Shown: positions 1-8,717, numbered from the stretch's first letter. The stretch: DNA of 28,670 nt from Octopus sinensis (GCF_006345805.1 NW_021833499.1:1-28670), one strand, 5' to 3'. The notes: a model not told the origin generated them from the sequence alone. Numbers and translations: made by a program.

Positions 1-288
1 CACCATCTTCAACTCACGAGCAAAAACACTCTACTGTACCAGTATTCAACTGTTTACCCAAAGAGATTAGAAATATAAAAGGGACCTCTACTGAAACTTT
101 CAAAAAACGCATTGGATGAACTCCTAACGACGATACTGGACCAAACAACCATTCAAGGATACACTCAGGGTAGATCAGCAACCACAGTCACGATCATCGA
201 CCAACTTTCTATCACAAAGCAACAACAAAACTAAAAAAAAATTAAGGAGGTGCTCCAGTGACTGAAACCATTAAAAGAATGAAGGAAT
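1..288 (+). mobile_element. 3' end of a CR1/L2-type non-LTR retrotransposon (ORF2 C-terminus plus short 3' UTR), truncated by the window edge
   Basis: Frame 3 gives VFNCLPKEIRNIKGTSTETFK; after a one-base frameshift at about 105 it reads NALDELLTTILDQTTIQGYTQGRSATTVTIIDQL...N* (TAA 232-234). This matches the FNxLPxxIR...FKxxLD..L...DQP..GY...R.A....IDQ C-terminal pattern of CR1-like ORF2. It is followed by a tail shared with SINE B. Confidence 0.7.
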
Positions 289-343
289 ATATATATATAT
301 AATTCTTTCATTCTTATATATATAAACCATTAAAAATAAAAGA

Positions 344-345
<2 letters not shown>

Positions 346-377
<32 letters not shown>

Positions 378-427
378 ACACCCACACACAACACACACAC
401 ACCAACACACAACATATATATATAATC

Positions 428-470
<43 letters not shown>
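346..470. repeat. Compound microsatellite (CA)n-(TA)n-(GA)n
   Basis: Directly visible dinucleotide arrays. Confidence 0.95.
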
Positions 471-473
<3 letters not shown>

Positions 474-801
474 TATCAAATATAAATTAAAAACAGAACA
501 CCAAGGATATCGCGGTACACGTGTTTCACAAGCTTTATAAACAATCCGTTATTACATCAATGTATTATTGATATAAAACATGGTTTAAAGCTCTCTTCAG
601 CCGCATCTTTAAACCATCTTTTATATCATTTATACACTGATGTAATAACGGATTGCTTATAAAGCTTGAAACACGTGTACCGCGATATCCTTTGTGTTCT
701 GTTTTTAACTTATATTTGATATATTCTCTCACTCTGCCCACAATCTGTCATATACAGATGCTTACACTTACCAAGTATTCACTCTAATTTACAGTACCTA
801 C
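466..801. mobile_element. Fold-back (palindromic) element 1, probably a Penelope-like pseudo-LTR fragment
   Basis: Arms about 466-590 and 607-730 are near-perfect reverse complements around a 16-nt loop. The right arm continues about 70 bp to a (TA)n tract. It contains a hammerhead-like core. Confidence 0.65.
512..604 (-). ncRNA. Hammerhead ribozyme-like motif H1 (type I, long loop II)
   Basis: Minus strand: GCGG-CUGAAGA-GAGCUUUA...UAAAGCUU-(GU insertion)-GAAA-C-ACGU-G-UA-CCGC. Stem I is 4 bp, stem II is 8 bp, stem III is palindromic (ACACGUGU), and the cleavage triplet is GUA. Confidence 0.6.

Positions 802-859
<58 letters not shown>
802..859. repeat. (TA)n microsatellite
   Basis: Directly visible. 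Confidence 0.95.
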
Positions 860-861
<2 letters not shown>

Positions 862-967
862 TTTAGCTTAACGAGATCAATATACTATTGTTATATGAGT
901 ATAGCGGGGTAACAGAAAACAAAGAGATAACATCGGAAAAACCAAATACTATGTAATGAACTCCATC

Positions 968-1036
968 AGCCTACAGCTGTTTCTGGTATACTCTTAGTTG
1001 AGTACCAGGATAACATCCTACAGCTTCATCAGAGCC
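968..1036 (-). ncRNA. Degenerate hammerhead-like motif H2
   Basis: Minus strand: GGCU-CUGAUGA-A-GCUGUAGG...CA-GAAA-C-AGCU-G-UA-GGCU. The 3' strand of stem II is largely lost. Confidence 0.4.
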
Positions 1037-1150
1037 TTGAATATGAAGTGCAAGAAAGAAGTCTGTAAAGCCATCAACATACTTTCTCACACATATCGCC
1101 TGTATGTTCTGAAAATGTAACTTTCCAAGTATAGTGAATTTCATATTTAA

Positions 1151-1258
1151 GGTTCTGATGAATCTATAGCGTTTTTCACACTACTACTCAGCTACTCAAC
1201 TTATCCTGCTACTCAACTAAGAGCCCACCACATCTTATAGCAGAAACAACTGTAAGCC
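1151..1258 (+). ncRNA. Hammerhead-like motif H3
   Basis: GGUU-CUGAUGA-A-UCUAUAG...UUAUAGC-A-GAAA-C-AACU-G-UA-AGCC. Stem I GGUU/AGCC; stem II is imperfect with an A.A opposition at its base. Confidence 0.45.
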
Positions 1259-1309
1259 AATGAAGTTCATTACATAACATTTGGTTTTTCCAGTGTAATC
1301 TCTTAGTTT

Positions 1310-1352
1310 ATATATAAATATATGTGTGTGTGTGTGTGTGTGTGTGTTGTGT

Positions 1353-1390
<38 letters not shown>

Positions 1391-1427
1391 TGTGTGCGTG
1401 CGTGCGTGTGTGTGTGTATGTGTGTGT
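1310..1427. repeat. (TA)n/(TG)n microsatellite
   Basis: Directly visible. Confidence 0.95.
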
Positions 1428-1476
1428 ATTATGGTGAAGGAAACAGAATATTGTGATTACTCCTAGCTTCTGCACA

Positions 1477-2180
1477 ATGTTCTCAATATATTCTTTTCTA
1501 CTCTTGGAATACGGCCCGAAATTTTTGGGGAGGAGACCAGTCAATTAGATCAACTGCAGAACGTAACTCGTACTTAATTTATCGACCCCGAAAGGATGAA
1601 ATGCAAAGTCGACCTCGGCGGAATTTGAACTCAGGACGCACAAGGGGCTAAACACACAGGGGACAAACAAGGACAGACAAACGGATTAAGTCGATTACAT
1701 CGACTCCAGTGCGTAACTGGTACTTAATTTATCGACCCCGAAAGGATGAAATGCAAAGTCGACCTCGGCGGAATTTGAACTCAGAACGCACAAGGGGCTA
1801 AACACAGAGGGGACAAACAAGGACAGACAAAGGGATTAAGTCGATTACATCGACCCCAGTGCGTAATTGGTACTTATTTAATCGACCCCGAAAGGTTGAA
1901 AGACAAAGTCGACCTCGGCAGAATTTGAACTCAGAACATAACGGCAGACAAAATACGGTGCGCATTTCGCCCGGCGTGCTAACGTTTCTGCCAGCTAGCC
2001 GCCCTAATGTTCTCAACATATTCATTTCTACTCTAGGCACAAGGCCCGAAATTTGGTGGGGCGGGGGCCAGTCGATTAGATCAACTCCAGTACGCAACTG
2101 GTACTTAATTTAGCGACCTCGAAAGTATGAAAGGCAAAGTCGACCTCGGCGGAATTTGAACTCAGAACGAATGTTCTCAA
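1477..2180 (-). mobile_element. Composite of SINE A pieces: A2 3' part (1488-1639), A1 unit (1640-1788), A1 with head (1789-2005), A2 3' part (2018-2168)
   Basis: Repeated gtcgacctcggcggaatttgaactcagaacg core; two junctions ctcagRacg|cacaagggg 149 bp apart; aatgttctcaa occurs at about 1477, 2007 and 2170. Confidence 0.85.
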
Positions 2181-2600
2181 TGTATTAATGTTTCTATGAT
2201 GTTCTAATTGCAGGTTATTGATGTATCTGCTTTCCTGACACACAATTTACTTCACTCGATTCTCGTTACATGTCTTCTACTGAGGCACTGTAGTATCTCT
2301 TATTAATCTACCGTTGTATTTTCTACCAATATAATGTACCGATGTCGTACCTCTTATGAAAGCTATATCAACTGTATTGTTCAAAGTATCATGTCTGTAT
2401 TCCTAGCTGTCTCCGATATAGTATTTCCTATATAGCACTGTAGTAACATAACATTATTGATTTGTAGATGTAGTGTTGTATCAGATAATGTGACTATCTA
2501 TAATCTGGTTATATTTTTCATATAAACAAACAATGTAGCGAAGTCAAGATTTTTGTTTGTGGCTATACGTCTAGTAATATGAAGCAAGGGAAAATAGTAC

Positions 2601-3735
2601 CTATTTCTTTACTACCCACAAAGGGCTAAACACAGAGAGGACAAACAAGGACAGACAAACGGATTAAGTCGATTACATCGACCCCAGAGCGTAACTGGTA
2701 CTTAATTTATCGATTCCGAAAGGATGAAAGGCAAAGTCGACCTCGACGGAATTTGAACTCAGAAAGTAACGTCAGACGAAATACCTATTTCTTTACTACC
2801 CACAAAGGGCTAAACACAGAGAGGACAAACAAGGACAGGCAAATGGATTAAGTCGATTACATCGACCCCAGAGCGTAACTGGTACTTAATTTATCGATTT
2901 CGAAAGGATGAGAGGCAAAGTCAACCTCGGCGGAATTTGAACTCAGAAACTAGCGGCAGACGAAATACCTATTTCTTTACTACCCACAAGGGGCTAAACA
3001 CAGAGAATACAAACAAGGACAGACAAACGGATTAAGTCGATTATATCGACCCCGGTGCGTAACTGGTACTTATTTAATCGACCCCGAAAGGATGAAAAGC
3101 AAAGTCGACCTCGGCGGAATTTGAAATCAGAACGTAGTGGCAGACGAAATACCTATTTCTTTACTACCCACAAGGGGCTAAACACAGAGAGGACAAACAA
3201 GTACAGACAAACGGATTAAGTCGATTACATCGACCCCAGTGCGTAACTGGTACTTAACTTATCGACCCCGAAAGGATGAAAGGCAAAGTCGACCTCGGCG
3301 GAATTTGAACTCAGAACGTAACGGCAGACGAAATACCTATTTCTTTATTACCCACAAGGGGCTAAACACAGAGAGGACAAACAAGGACAGACAAACGGAT
3401 TAAGTCGATTATATCGACCCAGGTGCATAACTAGTACTTAATTTATCGATTCCGAAAGGAGGAAAGGCAAAGTCGACCTCGGTGGAATTAGAACTCAGAA
3501 CGTAGTGGCAGATAAAATACCTATTTCTTTACTGCCCACAAGGACAAACAAGGAGAGACAAACGGATTAAATCGATTATATCGACCCCAGTGCGTAACTG
3601 GTACTTATTTAATTGTCCTCGAATGGATGAAAGGCAAAGTCGAGCTCGGCGGAATTTGAACTCAGAACGTAACGGCAGACGAAATACGGCTACGCATTTC
3701 GCCCGGCGTGCTAACGTTTCTGCCAGCTCGCCACC
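2601..3735 (-). repeat. Head-to-tail hexamer of SINE A1 (184-bp period)
   Basis: ctatttcttta recurs at 2601, 2785, 2969, 3153, 3337 and 3521. Only the last unit (first in sense orientation) carries the head ggYggcgagctggcag. Flanked by aagggaaa(a/c)tagtacct at 2586-2602 and 3738-3754. Confidence 0.95.
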
Positions 3736-3793
3736 TTAAGGGAAACTAGTACCTGTCATTATTCCAAATAGGTTCAACCTGGTACTATAGAAA

Positions 3794-4206
3794 TATTGCT
3801 TTCTACTACAGGCGCAAGGTCTGAAATTTTGGTGGAGGGGCTAGCCGATTAAGAGTGGTGCTGAAAAGATCCTAGCTTTAGCTAATGGAAAATACAGGAG
3901 GCTGGTTTGACTGATTTGATGTAGATGCACTCACTTGATGCAGCAGTCCTGTTTTTTCTAAGCTCTGTAGAAGTACTCGGAACGTTTTGCTTCCAACCAG
4001 GCTTTTGGGGATACCCTTCAAGTTAGAAACTTTTCAGCACCCCATCGTACATCGACCCCTGTGCTTAAAAGGTAGTTATTTTGTCAATCCCGTAAGAATG
4101 AAAAGAAGAGCTGACCTGGGTAGAATTTGAATTCAGGACGTAAGTGCGGACGAAATGTCGGTAAGCATTTTGTCCGTTTTTCAGATAGTTCTGCCAGCTC
4201 GCCAAC
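3794..4206 (-). mobile_element. Older SINE A2 copy interrupted by a MITE
   Basis: A2 tail (ttctactacaggcgcaagg..aaattttgg), then gatTA[MITE]TAcatcgacc, then a decayed body and head ending ctgccagctcgcc. Confidence 0.8.
3852..4047. mobile_element. Tc1/mariner-type MITE (196 bp)
   Basis: Terminal inverted repeats agagtggtgctgaaaagatcct / agaaacttttcagcaccccatcg, with a TA duplication (3850-3851, 4048-4049) that restores the host SINE sequence gattacatcgacc. Confidence 0.8.
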
Positions 4207-4236
4207 TTAAAATACTATACAAATACTGGTATCAAG

Positions 4237-4401
4237 TTTTGGCACAAGGCCAGCAATTTTGGGGGGAGAGAGTTAAGTCGATTACACTGAACCCAGTGCT
4301 CAAACAATACTTATTTTATCAACCCCATAAGGATGAAAGGCAAAGTCACCCTCGACGAAATTTAAACACAGATCTTAAAGACAAACGAAATGCCGCTTAG
4401 C
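4237..4401 (-). mobile_element. Older SINE A2 copy, head partly lost
   Basis: ggcacaaggccagcaattttggggg..aagtcgattac...ggatgaaaggcaaagtc...gaaatgccgcttagc. Confidence 0.75.
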
Positions 4402-4730
4402 GGTTGTCAAATGATGGTGGGGGAGACCAGCACAGACACATAAATACACTCACACACACACACACATACATACATACATACATACATACATACATACATT
4501 CATACATATATATATATATATATAAATACGACGGGCTTCTTTCAGTTTCCGTCTACCAAATCCTCTCGCAAGGCATTGGTCCGACCGAGGCTATACCATA
4601 TATGTAAAACAAAGAGATAATACCAGAAAAAAAAATGTTATGTAATGAACTTCAAGGTGCCCCGCAATAGATTGAACCTCGAACCATGTGGTTGGGAAGC
4701 AAGCTTCTTTGTACACAGCAACTCCTGTGC
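4396..4730 (-). mobile_element. SINE B copy lacking its 3' part, with an inserted fragment of element 2 (4596-4652)
   Basis: Matches the reverse complement of 5748-6030 (cgacgggcttctttcagtttccgtctaccaaatc; gaaccatgtggttgggaagcaagc). Confidence 0.85.
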
Positions 4731-4939
4731 TTATCATCTGCTTTATTACACTATTAATGCCTGCAACCACGAGTCATGTCACCCTATGCAGTCTTACTCA
4801 GTGGACTCATTATGTACCAGTTATGTCTGTTAGCACACCCTTTACTAATTATTTTTAAAGCCGCGGGTAGTCCTGAGAAATACTTATATTATATTTTTAT
4901 AAAATGTTACGTTACTCACTGATTACTCTTTGACTCTGT

Positions 4940-5322
4940 GGAGGCGCAATGGGCCAGTGGCAAGGGCAGCGGACTCGCGGTTGTAGATCGCGGTCCCGGT
5001 TCCTAGACCGAGCATTGTGAGTGTCTCTTGAGCGAAGACACCTAAAGCTCCACTAGACCCCGACAGGGTGTGGTGGTGAACCCTGCTGTACTCTTTTACC
5101 ACAACTTTCTCTCACTCTTTCTTCCCGTTTCTGTTGTACCTGTATTTCAAAAAGGGTCCATCCTTGTCAAACTCTGTGTCACGCTGAATCTCCCCGAGAA
5201 CTGCGATAAGGGTACATGTGTCTGTGGAGTGCTCAGCGACTTGCACGTTAATTGTACGAGCAGGCTGTTCCGTTGATCGGATCACCTGGAACACTCGTCG
5301 TCGTAACCGACGGAGTGCCACG
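4940..5322 (+). mobile_element. SINE C, full length
   Basis: tRNA-like head ggaggcgcaatgggccagtgg...ggttcctagacc; 3' end gtcgtcgtaaccgacggagtgc; TSD actctttgac(t/g)ct at 4925-4937 and 5323-5335. Confidence 0.9.
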
Positions 5323-5336
5323 ACTCTTTGACGCTA

Positions 5337-5385
5337 TTACTCGTTTCAGCCATGCGGCTGCGGTCATGCTGCAGCACCACCGTTT
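5337..5385 (-). mobile_element. Isolated SINE B / LINE 3' tail remnant
   Basis: tcgtttcagccat..ctgcggtcatgctgcagcaccacc resembles the reverse complement of the B tail ggtggtgctccagcatggccgcag..tgactgaaac. Confidence 0.6.
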
Positions 5386-5444
5386 ATTCGCTAAAATGCA
5401 ATATCTCTCCCAACCCAGCTTCACTGTAGTATTATCTGTTGGAT

Positions 5445-5511
5445 CAACACTTCTTAAAATATGGGTCGCAACCCCAAATGGGATTGCGAAGCGAAATGCT
5501 GGGGTCGCGAA
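5445..5511 (+). mobile_element. hAT (Charlie-like) terminal fragment
   Basis: caacacttcttaaaatatgggtcgcaaccccaaatggg resembles CAGTG.TTCTCAAA..GGGTCGCGACCCC..GGGG hAT ends (recognition from memory). Confidence 0.4.
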
Positions 5512-5747
5512 AATTAAATTCAAACATTTGAGTTTCAGTTTAACGTGGTGTTCCATGCATGCGCTGCAGTAATATAACCCGTGTGCAGCGCCGTTGCGAC
5601 TAGTGCAGTGACAACGTACCTATCAGGTTGTTTCACACGAAATGTCGCATTTCTAATTACTTGTGATTTCAGTCATTCGAAAACTCATTTATGTATACCT
5701 TGCATTTTTCTTTCCAAACAATATCGGTATACAAATTTCGTACCCCT

Positions 5748-6170
5748 AGGCGCAGAAATGGCTGTGTGGTAAGTAGCTTGCTTACCAACCACATGGTTCC
5801 GGGTTCAGTCCCACTGCGTGGCATCTTGGGCAAGTATCTTCTGCTATAGCCCCGGCCCGACCACTGCCTTGTGAGTGGATTTGGTAGACGGAAACTGAAA
5901 GAAGCCTGTCGTATATATGTATATATATATATATATATGTATGTGTGTATATGTTTCTGTGTCTCTGTTTGTCCCCCCACCATCGCTTGACAACTGATGC
6001 TGGTGCGTTTATGTCCCCGTCACTTAGCGGTTCGGCAAAAAGAGACCGATAGAATAAGTACTGGGCTTACAAATAATAAGTCCCGGGGTCGATTTGCTCG
6101 ACTAAAGGTGGTGCTCCAGCATGGCCGCAGTCAAATGACTGAAACAAGAAAAAGAGTAAAAAGAGTAAAG
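5748..6170 (+). mobile_element. SINE B, full length (tRNA head, CORE-like domain, internal TA/TG microsatellite, LINE-like tail)
   Basis: Head ggcgcagaaatggctgtgtggtaag...ccgggttcagtccc; CORE-like tggcatcttgggcaagtatcttct; tail aaaggtggtgctccagcatggccgcagtcaaatgactgaaacaa(aaagagta)n. Resembles octopus OR-type CORE-SINEs (from memory). Confidence 0.9.
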
Positions 6171-6182
6171 ATTACACACCTT

Positions 6183-6773
6183 ATGAAAATGTTAACAACC
6201 AAACTATGTTCAGTGATTTTCTTGTATATGTACAAAGTGGATCACTCTGCCGCAGAAGCTCAACGGGATATCAAGCGGGCCTTTAGTAATGGTTTTGTTG
6301 ACATCAAAACTATTCAGAGATGGTTCCAAAGCTCTCGTTCAGGAGATGCTAGCCTTGAAAATAAGCCAAAGGGTAAGCAAAAATAAGTTATTCGGCATTA
6401 TGGATTAAATGCTTTTGTTGAACAAAATCCGAGAACAAAGATTCGAAAACTTTCATCAGAACACCAATCATCTCACACAACTCTTTTTGGACATCTGTAA
6501 AAAATTGGAGAAGTCAAGAAAACGGAGCGGTTTGTTCCACATCAAGTGAACGAGATTTAAAAAAAAAACAGACGCCTCGAAGTGTATCTCTTATTGCTTT
6601 CTCGACTACAGAAAGACTATTTTTGCATCAAATCATAACTTGTGATAAGAAATGGATACTCTTTGACAACAGCAGAAGAACAGGACAGTGATTAGATGCA
6701 GGAGAGTCCCTTAAACACTACCGAAACCCACCATTGCACCCTAACAAGTTAGTGGTCACTGTATGGTGGTCAT
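6183..6773 (+). pseudogene. Mariner transposase pseudogene fragment (HTH region to just past the first catalytic Asp)
   Basis: IFLYMYKVDHSAAEAQRDIKRAFSNGFVDIKTIQRWFQSSRSGDASLENKPKG...KKTERFVPHQV (WVPHEL motif)...FLHQIITCDKKWILFDN...PLHPNKLVVTVWWS*. Several stops and a frameshift; the rest of the DD34D domain is absent. Confidence 0.9.
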
Positions 6774-6870
6774 GAATGAAAAATGTTTAAGAAGTGCTCT
6801 GTTAGACTATACTTCACTGATGAGTTGTAACAAGACCGAAACATGCTCTGAGTTCCACACTGCATTTTTA

Positions 6871-7120
6871 TCGTTTATCTTTAATCCTTTACTTGTTTCT
6901 GTCATTGGACTGTGGCCATGCTGGTGCACCGCCTTACAGAATTTAGTCAAAGAAATCGATTTCAGTACTTTTTAAAGCTTCACACTTAGTCTACCTGTCA
7001 ATTTTACCGAACCACTAAGTTACAGGGACGTAAAAAAACCAATATTGGCTGTCAAACACAAACACAATGGCACACACATACATACACGCAACTATCAATC
7101 AATCTATCTATCTATGTGTG
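6871..7120 (-). mobile_element. Older SINE B-type 3' half
   Basis: cttgtttctgtcattggactgtggccatgctggtgcaccgcc ... accgaaccactaagttacagggacgtaaa is the reverse complement of the B tail region. Confidence 0.75.
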
Positions 7121-7429
7121 TATGTGTGTGTGAGTATGCTGGTTTATGCTCCTGCTAGGTCCTTTAGGACTTACTCTATCTCCCCCTGCCCTACTCCACT
7201 TAGTTCGTTTGATTGCTGCAAAGCTCTTACTCTTGCATTTGTAGTATTTGTATGATTATTATTTCTTTCCTCTGTTGTACATATCCGTAAGACTTCGCGT
7301 TGTTATACCTGCATAATTCTTCATCTGTTGTACTTATATAATTTTTTGTTTCTTTCTTTCTTTGTATACATTCGCGAGCTTTTCCCCAATAGCTTAATAA
7401 CAGCACTGGCACCGCCAAGATTGAGTGGT

Positions 7430-7598
7430 CTCAATGATAATGGTGCGAAACTACGATGACTGACGAGGAAAACTCAACTACGAATATTCCGTGTATCGTG
7501 TCTTTGTCTATATTCCCTGTCCGTTAAGTTTTCGTCTTCTTTTCTGTTTGCTCTGCTTTCGTCTAAATTTTTCTCTTTGTTGTATTCTGTCTGTTCAA

Positions 7599-7601
<3 letters not shown>
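7430..7601 (+). mobile_element. Unclassified microsatellite-associated repeat fragment (possibly Penelope-like)
   Basis: Contains gaaactacgatgactgacgagg, shared with 7940-7985 on the minus strand; ends in a T-rich run abutting (TA)n. Confidence 0.35.
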
Positions 7602-7661
<60 letters not shown>

Positions 7662-7696
7662 TATATATATATGTATGTATGTATGTATATACATAT

Positions 7697-7750
<54 letters not shown>

Positions 7751-7790
7751 TAATAATAAAACATATGCATATATACATACATATATGTAC
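7602..7790. repeat. (TA)n / (TATG)n microsatellite
   Basis: Directly visible. Confidence 0.95.
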
Positions 7791-7998
7791 GTATCTGCCT
7801 CTACATGTATAATACATGCATATGGGTACAAGACACCAAAAAAAAAAAAGACGTCGAACACAATGAGAATCGAAAACATAAACACAACCAAGGAACTGGA
7901 CATTTTTCTTAGACAACGAAAAATAGAATACAGGACAAATAACACGAGGAAATTCCCCTTCTTCAGTCGCCATGGTTTCATCTACTCTGCGTTTCGAA
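7791..7998 (-). mobile_element. Unclassified microsatellite-associated repeat fragment (possibly Penelope-like)
   Basis: Minus strand cttcgaaacgcagagtagatgaaaccatggcgactgaagaaggggaatttcctc; bounded on both sides by (TA)n. Confidence 0.35.
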
Positions 7999-8079
7999 GA
8001 TATATATATAATATATACATATACATAATATATATATATATATATTATATATATATATATATTATATATATATAATAAC

Positions 8080-8157
<78 letters not shown>
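7999..8157. repeat. Imperfect (TA)n microsatellite
   Basis: Directly visible. Confidence 0.95.
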
Positions 8158-8161
<4 letters not shown>

Positions 8162-8292
8162 GTGTCCATCTACCAAATCTACTCACGAGTAGAAGGTGTA
8201 GTAGAAGTCACTTCCCCAAGATATCGTACAGAGGAATTTAACCCAACACCACGTGGTTTAGAAGCAATAATCTTACCATACAGCTATGCCTA
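8158..8292 (-). mobile_element. SINE B 5' part, decayed
   Basis: ttcagtgtccatctaccaaatctactcac...tagaagtcacttccccaag...cacgtggtttagaagcaa..cttaccatacagctatgcct. Confidence 0.75.
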
Positions 8293-8717
8293 TCCCTCTC
8301 TTAACAATATTTTAATGACTGTTAATCATAAACTAATCTAATAGCTGTATCTCCTCACTACAAGTATAATTATAATTAATTAAATTTTGTTGGACTAGCA
8401 CATTAAGTAGATGAATTAATTACCTTCGACCATTTTGTGTTCGCAATGAATATTACAAGAAAACCAGGTAGAGAATATACCACTTATCCTGCTCAGGTTG
8501 TCTGGTTCTTCCTCTCAGCCAAGATTTTTTATCTATTAATTCTCGAATAGTTTTAAAACTTTAGAAAACAGGAGAAGTGCATACAGAGTTGTGACATTCA
8601 TGCCCTATTTATAGAGTTATCAACGTCAGAATCGTAGCTACCAATTTTAATTCTAACTCTCCAAAGTGGGGAGATAGAATTTCAAGTTTAAAATGTTTAC
8701 AATTTATTCCTTTCAAA

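Larger units (their letters stand above)
916..1309. mobile_element. Fold-back element 2 (inverted arms about 916-1047 and 1140-1309), Penelope-like pseudo-LTR type
   Basis: The reverse complement of aaagagataacatcggaaaaaccaaatactatgtaatgaactccatcagcctacagctgtttctg aligns to cagaaacaactgtaagccaatgaagttcattacataacatttggtttttccagtgtaatctctta. The inner blocks ttcatatt(c/t)aagg(c/t)tctgatgaa and ttatcctg(g/c)tactcaactaagag are also shared. It lies between microsatellites. Confidence 0.65.
5623..6773 (+). mobile_element. Decayed mariner transposon (5' TIR plus truncated transposase), interrupted by SINE B
   Basis: TA followed by tcaggttgtttcacacgaaatgtcgcattt (Mos1-like TIR) at 5621-5652; transposase remnant from 6183; no 3' TIR seen. 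Confidence 0.8.

Noticed and set aside
2181-2585. Possible decayed coding sequence on the minus strand
   Set aside because: All frames I translated have multiple stops and no recognisable motif.
2601-3735. CRISPR-like array
   Set aside because: The units are contiguous 184-bp SINE copies with no unique spacers, in a eukaryotic context with no cas genes.
4940-5010. tRNA gene (also heads at 5748, 13071, 15272, 17201, 23446)
   Set aside because: These are tRNA-derived SINE heads continuing into SINE bodies; no complete cloverleaf with acceptor stem and terminator.
5997-6386. 129-aa ORF as a functional chimeric gene
   Set aside because: SINE tail read in frame into a stop-riddled mariner remnant; no evidence of selection.
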